DNA from: an uncultured Methylomirabilota bacterium
GTDB taxonomy: Bacteria > Methylomirabilota > Methylomirabilia > Methylomirabilales > 2-02-FULL-66-22
DNA length: 64,000 nucleotides
Assembly (NCBI GenBank): GCA_963705305.1
Contig: OY970067.1
Location: 5,056,001-5,120,000 of the forward strand
Direction of reading: 5' to 3'
Numbering within the stretch: the first letter of the stretch is position 1; every line of letters begins with the position of its first letter. The notes beneath the pieces were generated by a model. It was not told where the DNA came from, did not search any database, and saw only the letters and a list, made by a program, of their open reading frames with translations. Position numbers and translations under genes: made by a program. Below, in pieces: positions 9,738-20,326 of this stretch.

Positions 9738-10412
9738 ATGCAGCGAGGCCTGATCGTTGCATCCAGCCTGCTGATCCTGCTCGGCATCTGCACCCCCGCC
9801 CCGGCGGCACAGGAGCCGCCAGCGATCCTGGCCCTGGGCAACATCGGCTTCCTGGACATCCCGGCCATTCAGGCGTCCACCGGCGATGTGGTCGTGCGGG
9901 AGATGGGAACGCGGAAGCTCCGGGGGTTCGTCGCGGTGATTCTGGCCGACATCTCCTATGCGGCGCTGCCCCGCGAGGTGCAGGACGGCCTGGCGGCTTA
10001 CGTGAGCTCCGGCGGCGCGGTCCTGGTCACCGGCGGCGCGCAGTCGTGGGGGGCGGGGGGCTACCAGCCCCTCAGCTCGATTCTCCCGTTCACGATTCGC
10101 GGCTCCCAGGACTGGGGCGCCGTTCCCTTCCGCGAAACGGTGCCCATCCAGCCCGGTCACCCGATCCTGGCCGGCGTTCAATTCGTCCCCATCGGCACCG
10201 TGAACTGGGTGAGCGTGGCGCCCGGGGCGACCGAGATCCTGCGGAGCGCGGGCGGGGGAACCTTTCCCGCCCCCTTGATCGCCGAGATGGGCGTGGGATC
10301 GGGGCTGGTGCTGGGTTTCGCCTTCGATCCCAACCAGCTCACCGGCATGTCCAGCCGTGCCCTCTTCATCAAGAACACGATCACCTACCTGCTGGCCTCC
10401 TCGCGGGTGTAG
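9738..10412 (+). CDS. secreted class I glutamine amidotransferase-like (DUF1355-like) protein
   Basis: signal peptide; VILADI...YVSSGGAVLVTGG..SWGAGGY; AAGGAGG RBS. Confidence 0.7.
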   Translation: MQRGLIVASSLLILLGICTPAPAAQEPPAILALGNIGFLDIPAIQASTGDVVVREMGTRKLRGFVAVILADISYAALPREVQDGLAAYVSSGGAVLVTGGAQSWGAGGYQPLSSILPFTIRGSQDWGAVPFRETVPIQPGHPILAGVQFVPIGTVNWVSVAPGATEILRSAGGGTFPAPLIAEMGVGSGLVLGFAFDPNQLTGMSSRALFIKNTITYLLASSRV

Positions 10413-10601
10413 CCGGGTGGGGTGCAGAAACCGTGGCGGAAGATCGCAGCCGGGAGGGGGCCAGGATGCGAGCAACGGAGGACATGACCCTCCAGACGGC
10501 CCTCACCGGCCTCGCGGCCTCACGGTCCGGCACACCGAGGCGTGGCCCTGCTTCGCGAATACTGCCGATCAGACTCCGTGCGGTTTTCGACCGGGAACCG
10601 C

Positions 10602-11957
10602 TCAGGGCATCGAGCTGTCGGGATTCAGCGGGTTGATGACCAGTCCGCTTGGGACCTTGGGGAAGAAGTAGGTGGATTTCTGGGGCAGGCGCTCCCCGGA
10701 TAAGGCCAGACCGACCACCTGCGCCACCCGCGGCGGCCTCAGAAACAGCGCAACGTGGGCCTCGCCCCTGCGCACGGCGGCCAGGGCCTCCTCCGCATCC
10801 CGCGTGTACCGGACGGCCTCGTCGGCCTGACCCGCCGCCCGCACGCCCAGGATCCCTTCGATGACCAGCCGGTGCAGGATCGCCACGTCGAATCCCGCAT
10901 ACGCAGCCGAGTGCCCGGCAGCGGCGAGCTCCTGCATGCAGGCGTCGCTCGCCAGCTCCACAACCCAGACGGCCTCCCCTCCCGGATAGACGGCAAAGGC
11001 GGCCCGCTCGTCTCCCCGCCTCCCCAGCTCGGCGAGGGCCGAGCGCAGCGACGCCGACACATCGGCCGGGTCCAGCGCGACGTGTCGGATGTGGAAATGG
11101 GCTGCCAGCGCGGCTTCCAGCTCGGCGCCGGAAACCCGGGGCGGCTGGCAGACCAGCCGGTGCGTGGGCAGGACGATCAGGCCGGGATCCTCGACATGGA
11201 CGAGGTTCGCCATCACGAAGTCGTCCGGCCGGCCCGGCCCCGCTTCCCCCGGTATTCCGGCCCGCGCCCGACGCTCGGCTCGGAAGTTGAGCGCGGTCTC
11301 GTACCGATGGTGGCCGTCCGCGATGACCACCGGCCGATCGCGGAGGAGGCCGGCCAGGCCCGCCGTCTCCGCGGGATCCCCGAGAAGCCACAGGCGGTGG
11401 CGACCGTCGTCCTCATCCCGGAAATCCACCTCCGGCCAGCCCGACATGTGCCGGTCCAGCAGGGCGGTCACCGGCGCCGCCGGCCCCGGGTAGATTCCGA
11501 AGATCGGCTCCAGGTTGGCGGGACACGCGCGCATCAGCGAGAGCCGGTCGTCCCGGTACCGCGCGAAGGTCTGCTCGTGCGGAAACACGACGCGGTCCTC
11601 GTAGGGGTGGAGCCGCATCAGCGCCAGCAATCCGCGCCGGCGCAGCCGGCGTCCCCCGCCTGCCGCGAACTCCAGTTCGTAGAGGTACACGGCGGGCTCG
11701 GGATCCCGCCGCAGGACCCCCTCCCCCCGCCAGGCGGCGAAGGCCCGGGCGGCCCGGGCATACCGGTCCTCTCCCGGCGAGTCCGGCTCGGCCTCCTTGG
11801 GCAGGATGAGCCGGACCATGTTGCGGGGATGGCGCGCGTAGTACCGCTCCTGCGCGCGGGGGGAAATCACGTCGTAGGGCGGGGTCACCACCTCGGCGAG
11901 GTCGGGGACGAGTCTGGGATTGTACCGTAAGGCCCGGAAAGGCGCGATCTCCGCCAT
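10602..11957 (-). CDS. DUF1015-family protein
   Basis: PFRALRY, PPYDVIS, PHEQT, IADGHHRYETA, PQKSTYFFPK. Confidence 0.92.
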   Translation of the reverse strand: MAEIAPFRALRYNPRLVPDLAEVVTPPYDVISPRAQERYYARHPRNMVRLILPKEAEPDSPGEDRYARAARAFAAWRGEGVLRRDPEPAVYLYELEFAAGGGRRLRRRGLLALMRLHPYEDRVVFPHEQTFARYRDDRLSLMRACPANLEPIFGIYPGPAAPVTALLDRHMSGWPEVDFRDEDDGRHRLWLLGDPAETAGLAGLLRDRPVVIADGHHRYETALNFRAERRARAGIPGEAGPGRPDDFVMANLVHVEDPGLIVLPTHRLVCQPPRVSGAELEAALAAHFHIRHVALDPADVSASLRSALAELGRRGDERAAFAVYPGGEAVWVVELASDACMQELAAAGHSAAYAGFDVAILHRLVIEGILGVRAAGQADEAVRYTRDAEEALAAVRRGEAHVALFLRPPRVAQVVGLALSGERLPQKSTYFFPKVPSGLVINPLNPDSSMP

Positions 11958-12063
11958 GGAGTCTTCCCCACAATAAAGAGGTCACGCGATCTGCGTCACC
12001 TCGGGGGACAGCCGGTGAGATCATGCTGCTGAAGGGCCGGCTGCGGCATCAGGCACGCACGCG

Positions 12064-12092
12064 AAGCTATCCGGCCTCCCGGGTGGTGTCAA
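12064..12092 (-). promoter_or_regulatory. sigma70 promoter for the DUF1015 gene
   Basis: TTGACA-17-TAGCTT. Confidence 0.6.
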
Positions 12093-12327
12093 GGCAAAAG
12101 CCGGCCGATCGGGGCGGGCGGCCCTCCTGACATCCCGACTTCGTCCTTGCCGCCCGCGCGCCTGGACGCGTATCATGGCCCCGTCCGCCGCTCTGCCTTT
12201 CCCGGGAGGCGGACCCGATGATGATCCTTGCCGGCGGCAGACCCGATCCCTCCGCTGGCCGACGGTCGTTCCGCACACTCCCGAGGGTCCATGGCCGCAA
12301 CCGACCCTCGACAGGCAAGGAGGGATA

Positions 12328-14013
12328 ATGCCAATGCAGGCGAGTCGCCTGGCCGGGAAGCCGGCGCCCCCCGGGATGCTCGTCAATGTCCCAAGGTTAG
12401 TGACCGCGTACTACACCGACCGCCCTGATCCTGCGGCCCCGGAGCAGCGCGTGGCCTTCGGCACCTCCGGGCACCGCGGCTCCGCGTTTCAGCGCACCTT
12501 CAACGAGGCTCACATCCTCGCCATCAGCCAGGCCATCTGCCACTACCGGCGGGAGCACGGCATCGACGGCCCGCTGTTCTTGGGCATGGATACCCACGCG
12601 CTGTCCGAGCCCGCGCTGGCCACCGCCCTGGAGGTGCTGGCGGGAAACGGGGTGGAGGTGATGCTGGACCGAGGGCTCGGGTACACTCCGACCCCGGTCA
12701 TCTCCCACGCCATTCTCTCGTACAACCGCGGCAGGCGGACGGGCCTCGCCGACGGCATCGTGATCACCCCCTCGCACAACCCCCCGGAAGACGGGGGCTT
12801 CAAGTACAACCCGCCGCAGGGCGGGCCGGCCGAGACCGACGTGACCGGCCAGATCGCGGAGCGCGCCAACGCCCTCCTGGCCGCCGGCCTCGACGGTGTC
12901 AGGCGGCTCCCCCTGGCGCGGGCCAAGAGCGCCCCCACCACCCACGCCTACGACTACCTCGGATCCTACGTCGGGGATCTCGCCGCCGTCCTCGATCTGG
13001 ATGCCATCCGCGGGGCCGGCCTCCATATCGGCGTGGACCCGCTGGGCGGCGCCGGGGTCGCCTACTGGGGGGTCATCGCCGAGCGGTACGGGCTGAACCT
13101 GTCGATCGTGAACGAGGCGGTGGATCCCACCTTCCGCTTCATGACGCTGGACTGGGACGGGAAGATTCGGATGGACTGCTCGTCCCCGTACGCCATGGCG
13201 GGGCTCATCGCCCTGAAGGATCGCTTCGACGTCGCCTGCGCCTGCGACACCGATCACGACCGCCACGGGATCGTCACCCGGAGCGCCGGCCTCATGAACC
13301 CCAACCACTACCTCGCCGTCGCGGTCCACTACCTGTTCGGGCGGCGGGACGGGTGGCGACCGAATGCCGGCGTCGGCAAAACCGCCGTCAGCAGCAGCAT
13401 GATCGACCGGGTGGCGGCCCGCTTGGGGCGGCGGCTGCTGGAGGTCCCGGTGGGGTTCAAGTGGTTCGTTCCTGGCCTGCTGGACAGCTCCTTGGGATTC
13501 GGCGGCGAGGAGAGCGCCGGCGCCTCGTTCCTGCGGCGCGACGGGACCGTTTGGACCACGGACAAGGACGGGATCATCCTCGCCCTGCTGGCCGCCGAGA
13601 TCACAGCGCGATCCGGCCGCGACCCGGGCGAGCTGTACCGGGATCTCACCCGCGAGCTGGGAGATCCGGTCTACGAGCGGATCGACGCGCCCGCGACGGC
13701 CGCCCAGAAGGCGATCCTCCAGCGCCTGACCCCGCAGGACCTGCCGGCCACGGAGCTCGCCGGCGACCGGATCGAGGCGGTCCTCACGGCTGCGCCGGGG
13801 AACGGCGCCTCCCTCGGCGGCCTGAAGGTGGTCACCCGGCACGGCTGGTTCGCCGCCCGGCCTTCGGGGACCGAGGCCGTTTACAAGATCTACGCTGAAA
13901 GCTTCAAAAATGAGAGCCACCTGCGACGCATCCAGCAGGACGCCCAGGCACTGATCGGACGTGCGTTCGAGGCCGCGGCACTCACCGGGCGATCCCCACA
14001 GGGCCGGACCTGA
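12328..14013 (+). CDS. pgm: phosphoglucomutase
   Basis: [47 protein letters not shown]. Confidence 0.96.
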   Translation: MPMQASRLAGKPAPPGMLVNVPRLVTAYYTDRPDPAAPEQRVAFGTSGHRGSAFQRTFNEAHILAISQAICHYRREHGIDGPLFLGMDTHALSEPALATALEVLAGNGVEVMLDRGLGYTPTPVISHAILSYNRGRRTGLADGIVITPSHNPPEDGGFKYNPPQGGPAETDVTGQIAERANALLAAGLDGVRRLPLARAKSAPTTHAYDYLGSYVGDLAAVLDLDAIRGAGLHIGVDPLGGAGVAYWGVIAERYGLNLSIVNEAVDPTFRFMTLDWDGKIRMDCSSPYAMAGLIALKDRFDVACACDTDHDRHGIVTRSAGLMNPNHYLAVAVHYLFGRRDGWRPNAGVGKTAVSSSMIDRVAARLGRRLLEVPVGFKWFVPGLLDSSLGFGGEESAGASFLRRDGTVWTTDKDGIILALLAAEITARSGRDPGELYRDLTRELGDPVYERIDAPATAAQKAILQRLTPQDLPATELAGDRIEAVLTAAPGNGASLGGLKVVTRHGWFAARPSGTEAVYKIYAESFKNESHLRRIQQDAQALIGRAFEAAALTGRSPQGRT

Positions 14014-15212
14014 TGGCGCCCCGGATCATCCTCTGCCTGAACCGCGGCTCTTCCTCTCTCAAGTTCACCCTCTTCGAGCTGGGGGACGGGGTCGAGCGCC
14101 TGGCAGCGGAGGGGGCCGCAGAGGGCATCGGACTCGCGCAAGGACGCCTCTGGGTCCGCGACCCATCCGGCAAATCCCTGCGGGATGCGCGGGACAGGTT
14201 CACCGACCGGCAGGGGGCCGTGCGGACGGCCCTGACCGCCCTGGAGGAGCTCCGGCTCCCGCGCCCGGCGGCAGTCGGCCACCGGCTGGTGCACGGGGGT
14301 CCGGACCACACCGCGCCGGAGCGGCTCACCCCGGCGCTTCTCCAGACCCTGCGGCGGCTGATCCCCCTGGCCCCGCTGCACCTGCCGGGCGAGCTCCAGG
14401 TTATCAAGGTGGTGACGGACCGCCACCCGGACCTGCCGCAGGTCGTCTGCTTCGACACGGCCTTCCACCGGCGCATGCCCGAGTTGGCGCAGCGGCTCCC
14501 CCTCCCCCGCGCTCTCTGGGACGAGGGGGTGCGGCGCTACGGCTTTCACGGGCTCTCCTACGAGTACATCCTGGATCACCTGGGGGTCGCCGCCGCCTCG
14601 GGGCGGCTCATCATCGCCCACCTGGGAAACGGCGCCAGCATGGCGGCGGTCCGCGACGGGCGCCCGCTGGACACCACCATGGGGTTCACGCCGATGGGCG
14701 GTTTCATGATGGGAACGCGGAGCGGGGACCTGGATCCCGGCGTGCTGATCTACCTGCTCACCGCCAAGCGGTACGACACCGAGCGGCTGGAACGGCTGGT
14801 GGAGCACGAATCCGGCCTGCTGGGCGTCTCCGGCATCAGCCCGGACATGAAAACCCTGCTGGACGCGCGGCCGCACGAGCCCTACGCCGCCCAGGCGGTG
14901 GCGATGTTCTGCTACCAAGTCCGCAAGCACATCGGCGCCCTGACCGGGGTGCTGGGTGGCCTGGACGCGCTGGTATTCAGCGGAGGCATCGGCGAGCGGG
15001 CCTCCGCCGTGCGGAGCGAGGTGTGTCGCGGCCTGGAATATCTGGGGATCCGGGTGGATCCCGGGCGGAACACGGCCCACGCCGACCTCATCAGCCCGCC
15101 CGACAGCCCCTGCGCGGTGCGGGTCGTCCGGACCAACGAGGATCTCATGATCGCTCGGCACACCGCCCGGCTCGTCTTCCCCACCCCGGACCGGCGGGCT
15201 GCCGGCCCGTGA
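14013..15212 (+). CDS. ackA: acetate/propionate kinase
   Basis: LNRGSSSLKF, GHRLVHGG, FDTAFH, RRYGFHGLS, HLGNGAS, MGTRSGDLDP, TNED. Confidence 0.93.
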   Translation: MAPRIILCLNRGSSSLKFTLFELGDGVERLAAEGAAEGIGLAQGRLWVRDPSGKSLRDARDRFTDRQGAVRTALTALEELRLPRPAAVGHRLVHGGPDHTAPERLTPALLQTLRRLIPLAPLHLPGELQVIKVVTDRHPDLPQVVCFDTAFHRRMPELAQRLPLPRALWDEGVRRYGFHGLSYEYILDHLGVAAASGRLIIAHLGNGASMAAVRDGRPLDTTMGFTPMGGFMMGTRSGDLDPGVLIYLLTAKRYDTERLERLVEHESGLLGVSGISPDMKTLLDARPHEPYAAQAVAMFCYQVRKHIGALTGVLGGLDALVFSGGIGERASAVRSEVCRGLEYLGIRVDPGRNTAHADLISPPDSPCAVRVVRTNEDLMIARHTARLVFPTPDRRAAGP

Positions 15213-15385
15213 CCGGCGGGGCGGCACGGCGCGTACGGGTTCTCCCGTCTTTCAGAGAAGGATGTCGATTTTCCCGCGGCACTCTTGTGTTCGGATCGTA
15301 GGCATCCGCGGCGATCCCGGCCCGGAGCGGCGAGACCCGAAGAGGCGCCACGGGACGTGATGTCAAACCACCATCGGAGGCAGCC

Positions 15386-16498
15386 ATGAAGATCGCAGAC
15401 CTGCGGGCCGTTCTGGTTCGAATCCCCTTGCAAAACCCGGTGCGCATCGCCACCAGAGAGGTCACCGGGCGGGAGTTCGTCCTGGTGTTCCTGCGGGCGG
15501 AGGACGGAGCGGAGGGATTCGGCTACACCTATGCGGGCACTGTGGGGGGAACCATGGTCCGGGCCGCTATCCAGGATATCCTGGCCCCGCTGCTTGTCGG
15601 CGCCGACGCCGGACTGATCGAGCACCACTGGGCGGCGATGTTCCAGGAGGGGCTGCTGGTCGGCCGTCGGGGCGCCCTGCTCCGGGCCATCTCGGCCGTG
15701 GATATCGCCTTGTGGGACCTGGCGGCCAAGCGGGCCGGCCTGCCGCTCTACCGCCTGCTGGGAGGCTATCAGGCCGAGGTCCCGGCCTATGCCTCGGGGG
15801 GCTACTATCTGGCGGGCAAGGGCACCAATGGCCTGGCCGCAGAGATGGAGCGATACCTCCACGCCGGCTTTCAGAGTGTGAAGATCAAGGTCGGCGGGGC
15901 TCCCCTGGCGGAGGACGTGGCGCGCGTCCAGGCCGCCCGGAAGGCGATCGGTCCCGGCGTACGCCTGGCCCTGGACGCCAACAACGCCTACCGCAGCGTC
16001 GCCGAGGCCATCCGGGCGGCGCAGGCGTTCGAGCCGTTCGACATCTGGTGGTTCGAAGAGCCGCTGGCCCCCGACAATATCCCGGGGCATGCCGAGGTCG
16101 CAGCCGCCACGTCGATCCCCGTGGCCACCGGCGAGATCCACGCCAGCCGCTGGGATTTCCGCGACATCATCCTGGACGGGGCCGCGCAGATCCTCCAGCC
16201 GGATGCCGGCGTCCTGGGAGGCGTCAGCGAGTGGATGAAGGTCGCCCACGCCGCCGCGGCGTTCGATCTGCCCGTCGCCCCCCACTGGCACGCCGATCTC
16301 CACGCCCACCTGGTCGGGGCTGCGGCCAATGCCCTCACCGTGGAGTACTTCTTCCTGGAGGAGGACATCTACAACTTCGAGCGCATTCTTCGCGAGCGGC
16401 TCAGGCCCACGGCCGACGGCCGCTTGCCCATCCCCGACCGCCCCGGGCTGGGCCTGGTCCTGGACGAGGCGGCCATCGACCGGTTCGCGGTCCGCTAA
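15386..16498 (+). CDS. mandelate racemase/muconate lactonizing enzyme family protein
   Basis: SAVDIALWDL, KIK, LDAN, WFEEP, ATGE, LQPD. Confidence 0.9.
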   Translation: MKIADLRAVLVRIPLQNPVRIATREVTGREFVLVFLRAEDGAEGFGYTYAGTVGGTMVRAAIQDILAPLLVGADAGLIEHHWAAMFQEGLLVGRRGALLRAISAVDIALWDLAAKRAGLPLYRLLGGYQAEVPAYASGGYYLAGKGTNGLAAEMERYLHAGFQSVKIKVGGAPLAEDVARVQAARKAIGPGVRLALDANNAYRSVAEAIRAAQAFEPFDIWWFEEPLAPDNIPGHAEVAAATSIPVATGEIHASRWDFRDIILDGAAQILQPDAGVLGGVSEWMKVAHAAAAFDLPVAPHWHADLHAHLVGAAANALTVEYFFLEEDIYNFERILRERLRPTADGRLPIPDRPGLGLVLDEAAIDRFAVR

Positions 16499-16699
16499 GT
16501 GCTTAGCGGCCTAAATTCTACGACGTATCCATTGACCGCTTAACCTCCCGGTCCCCCGGGCCGGACCCGGGCTCGCCGGGTACCCATCCGGAGGATGGGT
16601 GTGGCGCGGCGTCTCGGGGCGGCCTGGGGGACCGGGATACGTCGCCGCGATTACGGCCAGGAGTACTAAGCGGGCGCTCGGGACGAGCCGGCCGACGCC

Positions 16700-17002
16700 T
16701 CACACCCCCAGCTTGGCCTGGACGCTGCGGACCTTGTCGGTCATCGTCTGCTCCCGGTCCGTGCGTGTGCCCAGCTTGATGACCGTCGAGATGCGGGGCG
16801 CGCCCATGGCGTGGACCGCCTCGTGGCAGCGCTTGATGGCGGCAAAGACGGCGTCCCACTCTCCCTCGACGTTGGTCCCGTAGGCGTGCAGCTGGGTCGT
16901 CAGACCGGCCTCGGCGAGAATCCGCTCGCACGCCGCCACGTAGGACGACACCGAGACGCCCACGCCCAGCGGAACCACGCACAGATCCACGATCGCCTTC
17001 AT
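16700..17002 (-). CDS. MTH1187/YkoF-like thiamine-binding family protein
   Basis: VDLCVVPLG, SVSSYVA, HAYGTNVEGEWD, GAPRI, GTRTDR. Confidence 0.9.
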   Translation of the reverse strand: MKAIVDLCVVPLGVGVSVSSYVAACERILAEAGLTTQLHAYGTNVEGEWDAVFAAIKRCHEAVHAMGAPRISTVIKLGTRTDREQTMTDKVRSVQAKLGV

Positions 17003-17012
17003 GCCGTTCTCC

Positions 17013-17537
17013 TCATGCTGTGGATGGATGGCTGGTCCCGGCGGTGGGGGGCGAAATCCACCGCACCACCCGGACCGGCGCCTGCCCGGGGCAGGCGGCG
17101 TGAAGCCGCCGCCGGAAGATCGAGGACGACGGCCGCCGGGGAAAGAAGACGAGATGCGCCCGGCACGCGCAGTCCGAGGCGCCGAAGTGCGGAACCGGAA
17201 TCGCGGCGCCGGGAGCCCGGCGAAACACCTCCGCCCAGGCGTGCTCGCGACGGATCGGATCGCGCGAGATCCAGGCCTCCCGCACCTCCGCCGCCGTGCG
17301 GAGATAATCGATGTGCCAATGCCGCCGCCGCAGCGTCCGGCGGTGGTGCGCGATCCTCGCCTCGATTCCGCCCGGTCCGAATGCACTCCCCACGTACACG
17401 TAAAAGCCCGGCCGGACCTCCATCACCCCCAGCCGGCCAATCTCGATCCGTGCGGCGGCAGGCGCGTGGAGAATCAGGGCGTACGTCCCGGTCCGGCTCG
17501 CCGCCGCGCGGACGGCCTCCTTCCCGGCACGCGGCAC
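17013..17537 (-). CDS. DUF123 / GIY-YIG (Uri) family nuclease
   Basis: GTYAL, GFYVYVGSAFG, HWHIDYL, FGASDCAC.AHL. Confidence 0.85.
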   Translation of the reverse strand: MPRAGKEAVRAAASRTGTYALILHAPAAARIEIGRLGVMEVRPGFYVYVGSAFGPGGIEARIAHHRRTLRRRHWHIDYLRTAAEVREAWISRDPIRREHAWAEVFRRAPGAAIPVPHFGASDCACRAHLVFFPRRPSSSIFRRRLHAACPGQAPVRVVRWISPPTAGTSHPSTA

Positions 17538-17540
17538 TTG

Positions 17541-17894
17541 CTACTCCTTCCGCATGGCCTCGATTTCGTTCAGGAATTCCAGGAGGTGCTCCCGGACGAT
17601 CACGAACGCCGGCCCGCCGCCAAATTCGACGCCGATGGCCGCCGCCTCGATCACCTCGTCCCGTTTGGCCCCGGCCGCGATGGCGTTGTAGGCATGGTTG
17701 GCCAGGCACTCCACGCAGCGCGTAGCGACCGAGGCCCCCACCGCCACCAGTTCCTTGTGCTTCCGCTGCAGGCTCCCGCAGCCGTAATACCGCTTCATGA
17801 GCTCGTTAAAGCCGTGGTACAGCGTTGGGGTTTCTTGCTCGAGGCGCTTCCAATCCTCCGCGCGCTGCCTGAGAATATCCCTCGCTTTTCTCAT
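17541..17894 (-). CDS. carboxymuconolactone decarboxylase/AhpD-like protein
   Basis: KHKELVAVG...RCVECLANH...GA..DEVIEA...FGGGPA; GGAGG RBS. Confidence 0.88.
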   Translation of the reverse strand: MRKARDILRQRAEDWKRLEQETPTLYHGFNELMKRYYGCGSLQRKHKELVAVGASVATRCVECLANHAYNAIAAGAKRDEVIEAAAIGVEFGGGPAFVIVREHLLEFLNEIEAMRKE

Positions 17895-18071
17895 GTGCGC
17901 CACCTCCCTGCCCCCCGACCCGTCCGGAACGTCGACCCGGGACACTGCCGCTCTGCCGTCCGACCCCGATGCTACTACAAAGCCCTCACGCTTTTCCAGT
18001 GGCATCGGCCGATCGTCCTCGCCTGCCGACCGACGGCTCGTCAACCCGGAGTATTCACGGCCGCGGCTCCC

Positions 18072-18132
18072 AGCCTTGAACCGAAAGAACTGTTGATCGC
18101 CATGACGCCAAGGGCACCCCTTTCAATTTCGA
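18072..18132 (+). repeat. copy of palindromic intergenic repeat, inverted relative to 20222-20283
   Basis: CGCCATGACGCCAAGGGCACCCCTTTCAATTTCGA identical to revcomp of 20222-20256, with further partial match. Confidence 0.85.
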
Positions 18133-18143
18133 AAGCGGTAATC

Positions 18144-19568
18144 TTACCCCCTCAGACTGCTGTCGAGGGCCGCCAGCGCCGCTCGGTACCCGCACATGCC
18201 GTGCACCCCGCCGCCGGGGGGCGTCGAGGCCGAGCACAGGTACACGCCTCCCAGCGGGGTCGCGTAGGGAACCGCCCGCAGCACGGGCCGCGCCAGGAGC
18301 TGGGAGAGATCCTGGAGACCGCCTCCGATGTCGCCGCCCACGTAGTTGGCGTTGTAGCGCTCCAGGTCGCACGGGAAGAAGGCGTGCCGGGCCAGGATCC
18401 GGCCGTGGAACCCGGGGGCAAACCGTTCGATCTGCGCCTCGATCCGAGAGGTCATGTCCACGGTCGATCCGTTGGGCACGTGACAGTACGCCCAGGCGGT
18501 CTGCTTTCCCTGGGGCGCCCGCCCGGGATCGAACAGGCTCGACTGGGCCAGGAGGACGAAGGGTCGCTCCGGGTGCTCTCCGCGGCTTACCGCCCCCTCG
18601 GCGGCGGCGATGTCGCGGAGCGTCCCGCCCAGATGGACCGTGGCCGCTCGCAGGCACTCGGCCGCCGCCCAGGGAATCGGCCCGTCCAGCGCGTAGTCCA
18701 GCTTGAACACGCCGGGCCCGTGCCGGTAGCGCGACAGCCGGCGCCGGTACTCCAGGGGCAGCCGATGACCCGCTAGCGAGAGGAACTGACCGGGCGACAC
18801 GTCGAGGAGCGCGGCCTGCGCGCCGGCCAGTTCGTCCAGCGACTCCACCCGCTTTTCGAAGACGACCTTGCCCCCCAGCGCGGAGAGGTACCCTGCCAGG
18901 GCGTCGGCGATCCGCTGCGATCCGCCGCGGGCCACCGGCCAGCCCGCGACGTGGCCGAGGATGCCCAGCACCAGTCCGCAGGCGGCGCTGAGCGGCTGCT
19001 CCAGCGAGAGCATGGAATGCGCGGCCAGACCCGCGAAGAGCGCTCGAGCCGGCTCATCTCGGAAGCGTCCCTCGGCCAGGCCCCGTGCGGATCGGATTCC
19101 CCGGACGCCGAACCGGGCCAGAGCCCAGGGATGGCGCGGCGGGCGCAGGAGGGGACCGAAGAGCATATCCGACAGCCGCTGCCAGGCGGCCGCCAGGGGC
19201 GCCATCAGTCGATGGTAGGCGGCGCCGTCCCGCCCCAGTCCCTGGGCCGTGGCCTCCACCGACGGCTTCAGCACCACCGCCGTGCCGTCATCCAGCGGAT
19301 GGGCCAGCGGCACGGGGGGATGGATCCACTCCAGTCCGTACTCGCGGAGGGGAAGACTGCGGAAGAAGGGCGAGGCCGCTCCTAGGGGGTGCACAGCGGA
19401 GCAGACGTCGTGGACGAACCCGGGCAGGGTGAGCTCCGCCGAGCGCATCCCGCCGCCGATTCGCTCGGCGGCCTCGTACACCAGGACCGAGCGCCCCGCG
19501 CGCGCCAGCGTGATGGCCGCCGCCAGCCCGTTCGGACCCGAGCCCACGACTACCGCTTCCGGTCGCAC
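18144..19568 (-). CDS. phytoene dehydrogenase-like FAD-dependent oxidoreductase
   Basis: VVGSGPNGLAAA, HDVCSAVHP, AWAYCHVP, STPPGGGVHGMCG. Confidence 0.9.
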   Translation of the reverse strand: MRPEAVVVGSGPNGLAAAITLARAGRSVLVYEAAERIGGGMRSAELTLPGFVHDVCSAVHPLGAASPFFRSLPLREYGLEWIHPPVPLAHPLDDGTAVVLKPSVEATAQGLGRDGAAYHRLMAPLAAAWQRLSDMLFGPLLRPPRHPWALARFGVRGIRSARGLAEGRFRDEPARALFAGLAAHSMLSLEQPLSAACGLVLGILGHVAGWPVARGGSQRIADALAGYLSALGGKVVFEKRVESLDELAGAQAALLDVSPGQFLSLAGHRLPLEYRRRLSRYRHGPGVFKLDYALDGPIPWAAAECLRAATVHLGGTLRDIAAAEGAVSRGEHPERPFVLLAQSSLFDPGRAPQGKQTAWAYCHVPNGSTVDMTSRIEAQIERFAPGFHGRILARHAFFPCDLERYNANYVGGDIGGGLQDLSQLLARPVLRAVPYATPLGGVYLCSASTPPGGGVHGMCGYRAALAALDSSLRG

Positions 19569-19723
19569 CCGCCCGACCCCTTCCCTCTCCGACGGAGAGA
19601 TAGACGCCTATCCCGCCGCTTTCTCCCCTTCGACAGGATGCCACTGGAGAGTCTCGGGAATCAACGGATATTTCGGGCGCCCCTGCCCGGGGATCAGCGG
19701 ACGGGCGCCCTGCCGCGAACCGC

Positions 19724-20125
19724 CTACGCCGCGAGTGCCCGGCCCGGCCGGTGCGCCGCCGCCCGCTCCGCGCGCAGCCTGGTCCCCCCGGAGTCTGGGT
19801 CCGGCCTGGGCGTCAGGATGACCTGGTACGTCTCCCCGTCGGAAAACACCCCGCACGCGGCGGCCAGGATGCCCGCAGTGATGTCCGGCCGGCTGAAGGG
19901 GACGCCAATCCGGACTCGCCAGGGGCCCCGGAGCGGCTTCTCTACCCACGGCGAGGCGACGGCGCCGAATCGTTCCTGGATTACGTCGGTCAGCGCGATC
20001 TGCCGACGAATCGCATCCTCCCGCCGCTTTCGACGGCTCCGGACCGCCAGCATCGGCAGGCCGATCCACAGGAACGCGTACAGCGACACAAGCATGATCC
20101 CGAACACGATCGAGCCGATATGCAT
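19724..20125 (-). CDS. hypothetical membrane-anchored protein
   Basis: N-terminal TM helix, GGAGGAG RBS. Confidence 0.6.
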   Translation of the reverse strand: MHIGSIVFGIMLVSLYAFLWIGLPMLAVRSRRKRREDAIRRQIALTDVIQERFGAVASPWVEKPLRGPWRVRIGVPFSRPDITAGILAAACGVFSDGETYQVILTPRPDPDSGGTRLRAERAAAHRPGRALAA

Positions 20126-20186
20126 GACCGCTCTCCTCCCCGCGCGGGTTCAGCCGACAGCGAATCCCAATCCGAGAACATCTCTC

Positions 20187-20283
20187 CGCCAAGGCACCAA
20201 GGGAAAATCCGAATTTCGAAATCGAAATTGAAAGGGGTGCCCTTGGCGTCATGGCGGTTGAGGAGCTCTTTCGGTGGAAGGCT
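20187..20283. repeat. hairpin repeat element
   Basis: CGCCAAGGCACCAAGG...CCTTGGCGTCATGGCG arms around a heptamer-rich loop. Confidence 0.75.
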
Positions 20284-20297
20284 CACGTCACCCGGTA

Positions 20298-20326
20298 TGA
20301 CACCGCGGGCAGGCTAGTGTGAAATG
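20298..20326 (-). promoter_or_regulatory. second copy of putative ECF promoter
   Basis: CATTTCACAC-N12-GGTGTCA; both boxes and spacing identical to 21816-21844. Confidence 0.6.
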
